A stretch of 32,000 bases of DNA from Bellilinea caldifistulae (GTDB lineage Bacteria; Chloroflexota; Anaerolineae; Anaerolineales; Anaerolineaceae), in contig NZ_LGHJ01000003.1 of NCBI RefSeq assembly GCF_001306055.1, positions 1 to 32,000 of the forward strand, given 5' to 3'. Positions 1-9,513 of the stretch are shown piece by piece. A program made the translations under genes and the position numbers. A model generated the notes under the pieces. It made no database searches and was not told where the DNA came from. It worked only from the letters and a program-made list of their open reading frames with translations. Within the stretch, counting starts at the first letter, position 1, and each line of letters begins with the position of its first letter.

Positions 1-135
1 CCCCCACACCGGTGACGCCGACCCCGCAGGATACCGTCGAACCCACCCCCACACCGGTGACGCCGACCCCACAGGATACCGTCGAACCCACCCCCACACC
101 GGTGACGCCGACCCCACAGGAGACCATTGAAATCA
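1..135 (+). repeat. In-frame 45-bp tandem repeat, 3 copies (1-45, 46-90, 91-135), probably continuing upstream of the window
   Basis: Copies 1 and 2 differ at one base (g26 vs a71). Copy 3 diverges in its last ~15 nt. The repeats encode the PT-rich 15-aa unit. Confidence 0.9.
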
Positions 136-392
136 CCGAAACCAGCGTGGTGCGCACACCGGTAGATACGCCGCCGCCGGGTGAGACGGCTACTCCCGCG
201 CCGACCGATCAGCCGCCGCCCCCGCCGACTTTACCGCCACCCCCGCCCTCGACCACCGTGCTGATCCCGGTGACGGGTGGAAATCTCATGCCGCCGGTTC
301 AGGCCTGGCTGAAGACGTTGTTCACCTACCTTGGATTGTTGTTGTTGGGCGTCGGCATGGTGGTACAGGGCGCCGGCAAGTGGATGCGCTGA
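1..392 (+). CDS. 3' end of a Pro/Thr-rich repeat, cell-surface-type protein. The ORF is open to the left window edge, so the 'M' at nt 12 in the ORF track is an internal GTG.
   Basis: The frame is open from nt 3. It encodes a 15-aa unit PTPVTPTPQDTVEPT three times, then a poly-Pro tract PPPPPPTLPPPPPS. The C-terminus is IPVTGG, a hydrophobic helix (LGLLLLGVGMVV) and a basic tail KWMR. Stop TGA at 390-392. Confidence 0.6.
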   Translation, partial: PTPVTPTPQDTVEPTPTPVTPTPQDTVEPTPTPVTPTPQETIEITETSVVRTPVDTPPPGETATPAPTDQPPPPPTLPPPPPSTTVLIPVTGGNLMPPVQAWLKTLFTYLGLLLLGVGMVVQGAGKWMR

Positions 393-424
393 TCGGCTTT
401 CGTCTGAGTTAATAAAACCCCTTA

Positions 425-455
425 TCTCCCCGCTTTCACTCAGAGAGCGGGGAGA
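425..455. terminator. 10-bp GC-rich hairpin between convergent genes; possible bidirectional terminator
   Basis: tctccccgct (425-434) pairs perfectly with agcggggaga (446-455) around an 11-nt loop. The plus side has only a weak T run (atgttt). The minus side is followed by ..ggggtttta. Confidence 0.4.
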
Positions 456-585
456 ATGTTTGAGGGAAGGGTTTGGGGTTATCAGCTCTGATGCCTTGTG
501 TAAACGAGGGAGTCGTTGATAGCGGTGACTTCCCAGCGGCTTTGCGGGGGATTGCCACGCTCGTTGTGCTCGCTCGCAATGAGGT

Positions 586-3468
586 TTACAAAGTGGATCT
601 CTTCCGCCCTGCCTCTGCAGCGGCTTTTTGAGGGCGGCGGCTCATCCAGTATTTGGCCAGTTCCGCCGCAATCGAGGGAATCAGCAGCAGCGGCAGAATG
701 ATCCGCCAGTCTTCCCAACCCAGCGCAACCGTGTTGAAAACCGGGTGGAAGAACGGGACATACACCACCATCAAGAGCAGCGCCAGCGAAAAAAGAACGG
801 CACGGTTCATCCACGGATTGCTGAAAACGCCGATTTTCAAAATCGGGTAGCGCTCGGAACGGGCGGTAAAAGCGCGCAATAATTCGGACAGCGAAAGGGT
901 CAAAAATGCCATGGTTTCGGCAGCGGCAGGCTCATACCTTAATCCCAGCCCAAAGGCCGTCAGGGTAACGGCCGTGATGGCAATCGTCTGGATCAGCACG
1001 CCAATTTGCATGGAGCGGTTGATGATGGGTTCCTGCGGCGGACGGGGCGGTTGATCCATGATATCCGGGTCACCCTTCTCGGTGCCGAGCGCCAGCGCCG
1101 GGGCGCCGTCGGTAATCAGGTTGAGCCACAACAATTGAATTGGTGTCAGCGGCGAAAGAACTCGTTCACCGGCAAACGGAAACAGCCATTTGCCGAAGGC
1201 CGTCGGTAGAAAGATGATCAAAATTTCTGCCAGATTGCAGGAAATCAGGTAGTAAACGAATTTGCGGATATTGGAGTAAATGATGCGCCCTTGCTCGATG
1301 GCCGAAACGATACTGGCGTAATTGTCATCGGTCAGCACCATGTCGGCGGTTTCTTTGGCCACATCCGTGCCGGTGATGCCCATCGAGATGCCAATATCGG
1401 CGCGTTTGATGGCCGGCGCGTCATTGACGCCGTCACCGGTCATCGCCACCACCTCGCCGTTGGCTTTGAGGGCGTCCACAATCCGTTTTTTATGCTCCGG
1501 TGAAACGCGGGCAAATACAGCCGTGTGCGGAACTTCACGCTGGAGGTCGGCGTCATCCATTTCGCTCAACTGACCGCCGGTCAGTACTTTTTGATTAGGG
1601 CGCAGCAAGCCGATGCTCTCCGCAATGGCACGGGCGGTATTGGGGTAATCGCCAGTGATCATGATGGTGCGCACACCGGCGCGGCTGGCTTTTTCCAGCG
1701 CCGGGCGCACTTCTTCGCGGGCCGGGTCAATCATCCCGATCAGACCGGCGAAGACCAGATCCTGTTCCAGTTCGGGTGCGTTGATTTCCTCCGGCAGCAC
1801 CGAAACAATCCGGTAGGCCACCCCCAGCACGCGCAAAGCCTGTTGGGTCATCTCATCGTTGGCAGCCAGAATTCGCTTTCGGGTTGCTTCATCCAACACC
1901 GCCGGCTGATCACTGGCGGTTTGGTAGTAGCGACACAATTCCAGCACCACATCCGGCGCGCCTTTGACTTGAATGATGTGCTGACGGCGGTCGGCCTGAT
2001 CATCCAGCGGCGAAATGTCCTCGCGGTGCGGATCGCGCACCTGGTGAATGGTGAGCATGCGCTTGCGCTCGGAATCGAAAGGAATTTCCTGTTCGCGCGG
2101 GTAAGCGCGGTTTAATTCCTCCGGCAACGCGCCGGCTTTGGCGGCGGCAATCAGCAGGGCACCTTCGGTCGGGTCGCCGATGATGCGAAAGGAAGAGTGA
2201 CCGTTGGAACTTTCGAGGCGTTCGAGGACGGCATCATTGTTGAGGGTGCCCACCCACAGCGCGGTCAGCAGTGCGGGATGGTCGTCGAGGTGGATTTTTT
2301 CTCCGTTCAGGCGAAATTCACCCTCGGTGCTGTAACCGGCTCCGCTGATTTCGTACATCTTCCCGTCCACCCAAATCCGCGTGACGGTCATGGCGTTTTG
2401 GGTGAGCGTTCCGGTTTTGTCGGAGCAGATCACGGTGGTGGAGCCGAGCGTTTCCACCGAGGAAAGCCGGCGGATAAGGGCGTTACGTCGCACCATCTCG
2501 CGCATCCCCAGGGCCAGCGAGATGGTGACGATAGCCGGTAGCCCCTCCGGGACGGCGGCAATCGCCAGACTGACCGCGATCATGAACATGTGAAGAACCT
2601 CGCCGCCCTGTAAAATACCGGCGAGGAACACCAGTCCGCAAATGACCAGCGCCGCCCAGCCGAGGGTTTTGCCCAATTGATCCAACCGCCGCTGCAGGGG
2701 TGTTTCTTCCTGATCCACCGATTGGAGCATGCCGGCAATCATCCCCAGTTGAGTGCGCATGCCGGTGCTGATGACCACACCGCGCCCGCGCCCGTAGGTA
2801 ACGGTTGTCCCCATGAAAGCCGTATTTTTACGGTCGCCAATGGCCGCATCGGGTTGCAGCACCATGGTGGCGTTTTTCTCCACCGGCATGGACTCACCGG
2901 TGAGGGCGGCTTCTTCAATGCGCAGGTTGACCGTTTCCAGCAGGCGGATGTCGGCCGGGACGAAATTACCGGCTTCGAGGAAGACGATGTCGCCCGGCAC
3001 CAGCTGGCTGGCCGGCAGGCTGATTCGCCGCCCGTCCCGCAGGACTTGAGCATCCGGGGCGGCCAGTTTTTTCAGGGCAGCCAGTGACTGCTCGGCACGG
3101 CTCTCTTGAATCACGCCCAACACGGCATTCAGGATCACAATTGCCAGAATGGCAGCCGATTCGATGAACGGTTCGTTTTCGATGTAAGACACCACGGCAG
3201 AGATCAGCGCTGCGGCAATCAGCAAGATGACGACAAAGTTATTCAACTGCCCAATCACCAGTTGAAGGAAAGTACGTCGTGGCGCTTCGGCTAACTGGTT
3301 CGGGCCGTACTCTGCCAGACGTTGGGCGGCTTCTGCACTGCTCAGCCCGCTTTGCGGGTGGGTGTGCAGTTCCTCCAGCAGGGTTTCGGTATCCAGACTG
3401 TGCCAGGCAATTTTGAGGTCGCGCTCAGCCAGGCCAGCAGCGGAAATTTCAGCGGTTCGATGGGACAT
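586..3468 (-). CDS. Cation-transporting P-type ATPase, type IIA (Ca2+-ATPase-like)
   Basis: 960-aa ORF. Motifs seen: LTGESMPV (TGES), [12 protein letters not shown] (phosphorylation site), [11 protein letters not shown] (PEGL) and [18 protein letters not shown] (hinge). The N-terminus has [19 protein letters not shown], which resembles a cation-ATPase N-domain. A GGAG lies about 9 nt upstream of the ATG. Confidence 0.95.
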   Translation of the reverse strand: MSHRTAEISAAGLAERDLKIAWHSLDTETLLEELHTHPQSGLSSAEAAQRLAEYGPNQLAEAPRRTFLQLVIGQLNNFVVILLIAAALISAVVSYIENEPFIESAAILAIVILNAVLGVIQESRAEQSLAALKKLAAPDAQVLRDGRRISLPASQLVPGDIVFLEAGNFVPADIRLLETVNLRIEEAALTGESMPVEKNATMVLQPDAAIGDRKNTAFMGTTVTYGRGRGVVISTGMRTQLGMIAGMLQSVDQEETPLQRRLDQLGKTLGWAALVICGLVFLAGILQGGEVLHMFMIAVSLAIAAVPEGLPAIVTISLALGMREMVRRNALIRRLSSVETLGSTTVICSDKTGTLTQNAMTVTRIWVDGKMYEISGAGYSTEGEFRLNGEKIHLDDHPALLTALWVGTLNNDAVLERLESSNGHSSFRIIGDPTEGALLIAAAKAGALPEELNRAYPREQEIPFDSERKRMLTIHQVRDPHREDISPLDDQADRRQHIIQVKGAPDVVLELCRYYQTASDQPAVLDEATRKRILAANDEMTQQALRVLGVAYRIVSVLPEEINAPELEQDLVFAGLIGMIDPAREEVRPALEKASRAGVRTIMITGDYPNTARAIAESIGLLRPNQKVLTGGQLSEMDDADLQREVPHTAVFARVSPEHKKRIVDALKANGEVVAMTGDGVNDAPAIKRADIGISMGITGTDVAKETADMVLTDDNYASIVSAIEQGRIIYSNIRKFVYYLISCNLAEILIIFLPTAFGKWLFPFAGERVLSPLTPIQLLWLNLITDGAPALALGTEKGDPDIMDQPPRPPQEPIINRSMQIGVLIQTIAITAVTLTAFGLGLRYEPAAAETMAFLTLSLSELLRAFTARSERYPILKIGVFSNPWMNRAVLFSLALLLMVVYVPFFHPVFNTVALGWEDWRIILPLLLIPSIAAELAKYWMSRRPQKAAAEAGRKRSTL

Positions 3469-3550
3469 GTGGGAATAAACTCCAACAAAGTTGAGCTATG
3501 TCACAGGAGAATATGTGAGCCAGTGGCAGTGGCTGGCTTGGGAGTTGAGA

Positions 3551-4825
3551 TTACGGGACGATGTGGGTACCGTGAGGGATGATGGTGTCTTTGGGAATTA
3601 CCACAATACCATCCCGTACCACCCAACCCTCTCCATCCAGGTCTTTACCGGTTGGGAAAGGTTGAATGACCACATTTTCTCCAATACGGGCATTTTTGTC
3701 AATGATGGCGCCGCTGATCTGGCAGTTGCGGCCGATGCCCAAAGGTATTAACCCCGCAGAGGTGCTTTCCGGTTCGCTGCAACTGGTGGTGTCGTAATAA
3801 TCGGCGCCCATGATGATGGAGTTTGAAATCCGCACCCCAGAGCGAATTTGACTGCGTAAGCCGATGACCGAGTTGGAGATTTGGGCATTTTTGACACAAC
3901 AGCCCTCGGCAATCAGCACATTTTCCAGATGACTGTTTTCGATCAGTGAACCGGGCAAAAAGCGCGGGTGAGAATAAATGGGCCGTTGCGGGTCATAGAA
4001 ATTGAACGGCGAGTTGGGTTTTGCGAGAGCCAGGTTGGTATCGTAAAATGAACGGATTGTCCCAATATCTTCCCAATAGCCGTCGAAGTCGTAGCCGAAA
4101 ACCTTGAGGTTGTCAATGGCGTGAGGAATCACATCACTGCCAAAGTCGTCGTAATCGGGGTAGCCTTCCAGTAATTCGGCGAGGATGTCGGTTTTGAACA
4201 GGTAAATCCCCATGGAACCGAGGAAGGGGCGGGCCGGGTCATCCCGGCTGACCAGTTCGCGCAGGATAGCCTCGTCCTTTGGTTTTTCGGCGAAGCGGGT
4301 GATGCGGTAGTGGCTGTCACGCTTGAGTATGCCAAAGCGGCCGGCGTCTTCTTTGCGAACCGGCTGAACGGCGACGGTAATATCCGCACCGTGTTCGAGG
4401 TGAAAGTCGAACATGGCGGCGTAATCCATGCGGTAGAGATGATCGCCTGCCAGAATCAGGACATAGGGAGCGCGGGTAGCACGGATTTCAAATAGCTGTT
4501 TGCGCACGGCATCCGCAGTTCCCTGATACCAGTCGGCGCTGGAAATGGTCTGTTCGGCTGCCCAGATCTGCACCCAGCCGGTGTGGAAGGTGTCGAATAC
4601 ATAGGTATTGGCAATGTGGCGGTGCAATGAAACCGAGTTGAACTGGGTCAGCACCGCGATGCGGTAAATCCCGGAGTTGATGCAGTTGGAGATGGGGATG
4701 TCAATCAGACGATATTTACCGGCGATGGGTACCGCCGGTTTGGAACGCACTGCGGTGAGGGGATAAAGCCGCGCGCCCCGTCCGCCGCCCAGAATGACCG
4801 CCAAAACATCTTTTGTGCCAGCCAT
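3551..4825 (-). CDS. glgC: Glucose-1-phosphate adenylyltransferase (ADP-glucose pyrophosphorylase)
   Basis: The N-terminus reads VLAVILGGGRGARLYPLT..RSKPAVPIAGKYRLIDIPISNCINSG. The C-terminus has the hexapeptide-repeat region typical of GlgC. The ORF-track GTG start (4831) overlaps the GGGAGG SD, so I prefer the ATG at 4825. Confidence 0.95.
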   Translation of the reverse strand: MAGTKDVLAVILGGGRGARLYPLTAVRSKPAVPIAGKYRLIDIPISNCINSGIYRIAVLTQFNSVSLHRHIANTYVFDTFHTGWVQIWAAEQTISSADWYQGTADAVRKQLFEIRATRAPYVLILAGDHLYRMDYAAMFDFHLEHGADITVAVQPVRKEDAGRFGILKRDSHYRITRFAEKPKDEAILRELVSRDDPARPFLGSMGIYLFKTDILAELLEGYPDYDDFGSDVIPHAIDNLKVFGYDFDGYWEDIGTIRSFYDTNLALAKPNSPFNFYDPQRPIYSHPRFLPGSLIENSHLENVLIAEGCCVKNAQISNSVIGLRSQIRSGVRISNSIIMGADYYDTTSCSEPESTSAGLIPLGIGRNCQISGAIIDKNARIGENVVIQPFPTGKDLDGEGWVVRDGIVVIPKDTIIPHGTHIVP

Positions 4826-4904
4826 GTTCACCTCCCGCAGTTATTCTTGTTGATGTAAGCATACCCGATTCAAAATCTCTCGTCAATCAGCAGTTTTTTG
4901 GGGC

Positions 4905-5543
4905 TTATCCAAACCGCTGCTCTTTCCAGATATCGGCTTCGTTGTGGTAACCGGCCTCTTCCCAAAAACCGGGGCGGTCGTGTTTCATGAATTCCAGACC
5001 GCGCAGCCATTTGGCGCCTTTCCAAAGGTAAGGGGTTTTCAGGTCAGGACGATTGGGAATGTAACCGACCACACCGCGCAGGGGGTAGCCGTGATCGGGA
5101 GTGAGCGGTTCACCGTTGTAGTGGGTTGCCAGCAGAAAGTTATCCGCCAGCACGACTTCCAGCGGCAGATTGACGGTAAAGCCGTATTCGGCGTGCTGCA
5201 TCACATAGCGGGCGGTGGGGAGCGGCTTGAACACGCCTTGCTCGATCATGCTCCGCACCGAAACCCCCTCCCATTCAGTGTCCAGTTTGCTCCAACGGGT
5301 AACACAGTGCAAGTCCATGCGCACGCGGGTCTTTGGCAGACGGTTGAATTCTTCCCACGTCAGGGTCACTTCCTTTTCGACTTCGCCCCAGATGCGCAAA
5401 GTCCACGTTTCCAGATTGACGGTGGGAACCGGTCCGTAATGCAGCACCGGAAATTTGGTAGTCAGCGCCTGACCGGGCGGCAGGCGGTTTTCAGTGCGAG
5501 CGCGTTCTTCTTCATCCCTACGGTTAAATAAATTAAACATCAT
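4905..5543 (-). CDS. Small molybdopterin-dependent oxidoreductase, sulfite-oxidase family Mo-domain only (YuiH/MsrP-like)
   Basis: About 212 aa. Contains LPPGQ..TKFPVLHYGPVP....W.L.IWGEV, then HCVTRWS (Mo-ligand Cys context) and GYPLR. No signal peptide. The start is one of GTG-ATG-ATG at 5546-5538, preceded by GAGG. Confidence 0.8.
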   Translation of the reverse strand: MMFNLFNRRDEEERARTENRLPPGQALTTKFPVLHYGPVPTVNLETWTLRIWGEVEKEVTLTWEEFNRLPKTRVRMDLHCVTRWSKLDTEWEGVSVRSMIEQGVFKPLPTARYVMQHAEYGFTVNLPLEVVLADNFLLATHYNGEPLTPDHGYPLRGVVGYIPNRPDLKTPYLWKGAKWLRGLEFMKHDRPGFWEEAGYHNEADIWKEQRFG

Positions 5544-5747
5544 CACACCTCTAGCAGAGTTTTGCGCGTTGGTTGAAACACTGGAAAATGCCAGAGCGAA
5601 CCCGCCCGGCGATGAATTCTTTCAGCAGTGCCCAATTTCATGTTGTTTAATTCAATTATACCTGAGAGCGGTTTAAGACAATGGGCTGTCCATTCTAAAG
5701 ATTTGACAAATCGGGAAAATTGTCCCTGCAAAGGGACGGGGAGATTA

Positions 5748-5756
5748 TGCTATACT
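5748..5756 (+). promoter_or_regulatory. Candidate extended -10 promoter element (TGcTATACT) upstream of the histidine kinase gene
   Basis: TG at 5748-5749 and TATACT at 5751-5756. There is no good -35. It would give a leader of roughly 140-190 nt. Confidence 0.25.
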
Positions 5757-5952
5757 GAACATGAAATCTGAAGAGCCACGGGTGGCGCAGCGGTGATCGT
5801 TACAAGCAAGAACGCTTTACCCGCCGTTTACCTGTGACCGCATTATATACATTATCCAAGGCAGGTAACCTTTCTTTGGGAGCGCCGGCAACGGTTTGAT
5901 GCCCTCAGCAGAATGCCAAAATTCGCCAAGGCAGGGAGGAATAGCAGCCGTA

Positions 5953-7530
5953 ATGGAGAATCAAATACACCAGCAGGACGCCATTTCACGTTCTTCTCTG
6001 GCATTGTTACTGGATATCAGCCGCGAACTGGCGGCCAGCCTGGAACTGCGCACGGTACTGGCACGGGTCTTATTGCTTTCGACGGTGAATGTGGGGGCAG
6101 AGCGCGGCAGTCTGATCGTCTTGAACGAAACCGGCCAGCCGGTGGAAGCGGCCATCGCCATTCACGGCCAGGTCTTTCACCCGACGGTGGAGGAGATGCA
6201 GTCCATTCTGGAACGCGGGCTGGCCGGTTGGGTAGCCCAAAACCGCCAGCCGGCGCTGATCCCCAACACGCGCGAGGATGAGCGCTGGACACGCCGGCCG
6301 GATGATGCAGCCGAGCGAACCGGCAGCAAGTCGGCCATCTGTGTTCCGTTGTTTTCCAGCGGCCAATTGACCGGCGTGCTGACGCTGGTGCACGCCCAAA
6401 CCGGCTTTTTCACCACCGATCATCTGGCGTTGTTGCAAGGCATTGCCGATCTGGCGGGGATTGCCGTGCGCAATGCACACCTGTATCGCTCCATGCAGGA
6501 AGCCCAGCGCCGTTACCGCGAACTGTTCGAGGACAGCATTGACCCGATCCTGATTACCGACTGGCAGGGCCGCATTCTGGAAGCCAACCGGCAGGCCCAG
6601 GCGGTTACGGCCTGCTCTTTGGAAATGCTGCTGGAATCGAGCATGGATCAACTGCAAAGCCCGCAAACCCCGCCACTGAGCGAGTACTTTCACGCCCTGC
6701 AAGAGGGCCAGACGGTACATTACGAGACCGAATTGCAACGCCAGGGGATTTCGCCGTTACCGGTGGAGGTGTACATCCGGCGGGTGATGGTGGGTGAAAG
6801 CCCGATGCTGCAATGGATTTTACGCGATATCAGCGAACGCAAACAACTGGATACCCTGCGGGATGATCTCTCGGCGATGATTTACCACGACCTGCGTTCA
6901 CCGCTGGCCAACATCATTTCCAGTCTGGATATTCTTCAAACCTTGCTGCCGCCGGATGCGGCTGAAAACATTCAACCGGTTTTTGATATTGCCGTGCGGG
7001 CTGCCGAGCGTTTGCAGCGGTTAATCAGCTCACTGCTGGACATCAACCGGCTGGAAGCCGGTCAGCCGATCATCAACAAACGCCCGGTTCAGCCGCGCGT
7101 CCTGGTTAACGAGGCGGTGGACGCCACCCACACCCTTGCCGAGAGCAAGCGTCAGCAATTATCGGTTGTGCTGGATGATGATTTGCCGGTCATCTCGGTG
7201 GATGTGGATATGATTCGGCGGGTGCTGATTAACCTGATCGAAAATGCAATCAAGTACACCCCCATGCAGGGCGCCATTGAGGTGGGCAGCCGCCGCGAAG
7301 GGGAGATGATTCGCTTTTGGGTGCGGGATAACGGCCCCGGCATCCCGCAGGACGCTCTGGAATTGATTTTCGAGAAGTTTAACCGCTTACAAGGGGAGCG
7401 CTACCCAAAGGGTTTGGGGCTGGGGCTGGCATTTTGCCGGTTAGCGGTACGTGCGCATGGTGGTAAAATCTGGGTTGAAAGTACGCTGGGTGAAGGCAGT
7501 CATTTCATTTTCCTGCTGCCCATCCGCTAA
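5953..7530 (+). CDS. Cytoplasmic sensor histidine kinase, GAF-PAS-HisKA-HATPase_c
   Basis: H-box YHDLRSPLANI; N-box LINLIENAIKYT; G1 RDNGPGIP; G2 GLGLGLAFC. The N-terminal region looks like GAF followed by PAS. No TM segments. Alternative upstream starts are TTG 5896 and ATG 5899. ATG 5953 has GGGAGGA 12 nt upstream. Confidence 0.9.
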   Translation: MENQIHQQDAISRSSLALLLDISRELAASLELRTVLARVLLLSTVNVGAERGSLIVLNETGQPVEAAIAIHGQVFHPTVEEMQSILERGLAGWVAQNRQPALIPNTREDERWTRRPDDAAERTGSKSAICVPLFSSGQLTGVLTLVHAQTGFFTTDHLALLQGIADLAGIAVRNAHLYRSMQEAQRRYRELFEDSIDPILITDWQGRILEANRQAQAVTACSLEMLLESSMDQLQSPQTPPLSEYFHALQEGQTVHYETELQRQGISPLPVEVYIRRVMVGESPMLQWILRDISERKQLDTLRDDLSAMIYHDLRSPLANIISSLDILQTLLPPDAAENIQPVFDIAVRAAERLQRLISSLLDINRLEAGQPIINKRPVQPRVLVNEAVDATHTLAESKRQQLSVVLDDDLPVISVDVDMIRRVLINLIENAIKYTPMQGAIEVGSRREGEMIRFWVRDNGPGIPQDALELIFEKFNRLQGERYPKGLGLGLAFCRLAVRAHGGKIWVESTLGEGSHFIFLLPIR

Positions 7531-7563
7531 TCATCCCCATCTTATCGGGAGAAAAGGGTTTCA

Positions 7564-8421
7564 ATGCAGCAAATACTGGATCGCGTTTATATCGAAGATT
7601 CATATCCGGGAGTTGTGCTGGGGTTGATCATCACCCCCCACGGTCAGGTGATGATTGATGCTCCCTTCCGCCCGGATGACATCCGCCTGTGGCGGGCAGC
7701 CATGCTCAATTTGGGCGGCGGTGTCGAGCGGTTGTTGATCAATCTGGATGTGCATGCCGACCGGACGATTGGCTCACGGGCAATGGAATGCACGGTGGTT
7801 GGTCATGAAAAAATGGCGGAGGTTTTCCGCAACCGCCCGATGACCTTCAAAGCCCAGGGTGCCGACACGGGCGCCGATTGGGAATATCATAACGGATTGG
7901 GCAGTATCCGCTGGGCGCCTCCCGAAATCTCCTTCACGCAGCGGATGAAAATTCACTGGGATGAAGACCCGCTTTTACTGGAATACCGCCCCGGCCCGGC
8001 AGCAGGGGCAATTTGGGCGATTCTGGAGAAACGCAGTCTGATTTTCCTGGGTGATGCGGTGGTGGTCAATCAGCCTCCGTTTCTGGCCGGGGCGGATATT
8101 CCCCAATGGCTGGAAACCCTGCAAACGCTGCTGACCCCGCCTTACCAGAATCACCTGCTGGTGAGCGGCCGCAATGGCCTGATCACCCACAAACATGTTC
8201 ACCAGCAGATCGAGTACCTCAAAAACATTCAGGCGCGCATGGACGATCTGGCAGCCCGCAAAGGCGAACCAGCCGAAACCAGCAACTGGATCAACGATTT
8301 GCTGAACGGGATGAGTTTCCCGCCCGAACGCAAAGCCCAGTACTATCAGCGCTTGAAGTGGGGATTGGAACAGTACTACAACCGCCATTACCGCTCGATG
8401 GGTCAGGAACTGGACGAGTAA
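7564..8421 (+). CDS. MBL-fold (metallo-beta-lactamase-like) protein with a degenerate metal-binding motif
   Basis: 285 aa. The layout is MBL-like: YPGVVLGLIITPHGQVMIDAPF...LLINLDVHADRTIG...FLGDAVV. The canonical HxHxDH position reads DVHADR. Function unknown. Confidence 0.55.
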   Translation: MQQILDRVYIEDSYPGVVLGLIITPHGQVMIDAPFRPDDIRLWRAAMLNLGGGVERLLINLDVHADRTIGSRAMECTVVGHEKMAEVFRNRPMTFKAQGADTGADWEYHNGLGSIRWAPPEISFTQRMKIHWDEDPLLLEYRPGPAAGAIWAILEKRSLIFLGDAVVVNQPPFLAGADIPQWLETLQTLLTPPYQNHLLVSGRNGLITHKHVHQQIEYLKNIQARMDDLAARKGEPAETSNWINDLLNGMSFPPERKAQYYQRLKWGLEQYYNRHYRSMGQELDE

Positions 8422-8442
8422 TCCTCCCAATCATCTCTCTGC

Positions 8443-9513
8443 ATGGACGGCTTATCAATGAATGAAACTTCCTGTGTTCCCCTGGTCGAATTGACCCGCG
8501 GCAGCATTGTCGAGTCCTTTCATAGTGGCTGCGTAGCGGTGGTAGATGCGGCCGGCAACCTGCGTGCCGCTCTGGGTGACCCGCATTATGTCACCTTTTT
8601 GCGCTCATCTTCCAAACCGTTTCAAATCTTGCCGCTGCTGGAAAACGGTGGAGCCGAGGCCTTTCACCTGACCGACCGTGAGATTGCTCTGATGTGTGCT
8701 TCGCACTCCGGCACGGATGAGCATCTGGCGGCTATTCTGGCGTTACAGGAAAAAGTTGGGGTGCGGGAAAGCGATCTGCTGTGCGGAACGCATCCGGTCT
8801 TTCATCAACCCACCCAGGAAGCCCTGATGCGGCGGGGGGAATCACCCACCCCCAACCGGCATAACTGCTCCGGCAAGCACACCGGTTTTCTGGCGCAGGC
8901 CGTCCTGAGCGGCTTCTCAAAGGCGGAGTACATCAACCCGGCCCACCCGGTTCAGCAAAGAGTGCTGCAAACTTTTGCAGAAATGGTCAACTACCCGGCT
9001 GAAAAAGTGGTCATCGGCATTGATGGCTGTTCGGCGCCGGTATTTGCGGTGCCGCTTTATCACGCTGCCTGGGGGTTGGCGCGTCTGGCCGACCCGCGCG
9101 GCCTGCCGGAAAAGCGGGCGCAGGCCTACCGGCGGGTTACCCGCGCCATGGCAGCCGAGCCCTTTATGGTGGCCGGCCCGGATCGGTTTGACACTCTGGC
9201 GATGGAAGCCGGGCAGGGTAAATTCATCTGCAAGGCTGGGGCAGAGGGCTATCAGGCTATTGCGGTCATGCCCGGCGCGTTGAGTGAAAACAGCCCGGCG
9301 CTGGGGATTGTATTCAAAGTGGCGGATGGAGACCCCTCCGGACGGGCGCGCCCGGTGATTGCGGCGGAGATTTTGCGCCAGTTAGGTTTGCTCGGCGAGG
9401 ATGACCTTCGCACCCGACTGGCCAACGTTGCAGCCCGTCCGCTGACCAACTGGCGCGGCCTGGAAATTGGAGAAATCCGCCCGGTGTTCCGCCTGAACCT
9501 GCAATGGGGTTGA
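8443..9513 (+). CDS. Asparaginase II family protein (Rhizobium-type L-asparaginase / PF06089-like)
   Basis: Family-typical blocks are present: FLRSSSKPFQ, MCASHSGTDEH, NCSGKHTGFL and ICKAGAEGY. The start could be ATG 8443 or ATG 8458. Confidence 0.8.
   Translation: MDGLSMNETSCVPLVELTRGSIVESFHSGCVAVVDAAGNLRAALGDPHYVTFLRSSSKPFQILPLLENGGAEAFHLTDREIALMCASHSGTDEHLAAILALQEKVGVRESDLLCGTHPVFHQPTQEALMRRGESPTPNRHNCSGKHTGFLAQAVLSGFSKAEYINPAHPVQQRVLQTFAEMVNYPAEKVVIGIDGCSAPVFAVPLYHAAWGLARLADPRGLPEKRAQAYRRVTRAMAAEPFMVAGPDRFDTLAMEAGQGKFICKAGAEGYQAIAVMPGALSENSPALGIVFKVADGDPSGRARPVIAAEILRQLGLLGEDDLRTRLANVAARPLTNWRGLEIGEIRPVFRLNLQWG

Noticed and set aside
1-135. Regular 45-bp direct repeats that could be mistaken for a CRISPR-like or satellite array
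   Set aside because: The repeats are contiguous with no spacers, lie in-frame inside a coding region, and encode a PT-rich peptide unit. No cas genes are present.
12-392. ORF-track start (M at nt 12) for the first gene
   Set aside because: The frame is open back to nt 3, and the repeat unit continues across nt 12. The GTG is therefore an internal Val codon, and the gene is truncated by the window edge.
3519-3539. Hairpin agccag-tggcagtgg-ctggct after the glgC stop, as a possible terminator or regulatory element for the ATPase gene
   Set aside because: The stem is only 6 bp with a 9-nt loop and no U-tract. It is too weak to call.
5661-5666. CTGAGA hexamer (the TPP-riboswitch core sequence) in the 5547-5895 spacer
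   Set aside because: It is an isolated hexamer with none of the flanking conserved helices. It also overlaps the -10 region of the minus-strand promoter candidate.
5778-5800. tRNA-like D-arm string gggtggcgcagcggtgatcg in the kinase upstream region
   Set aside because: No T-arm (GGTTCGAATCC-like) follows, no acceptor-stem complement is present, and no cloverleaf can be drawn. It is not a tRNA.
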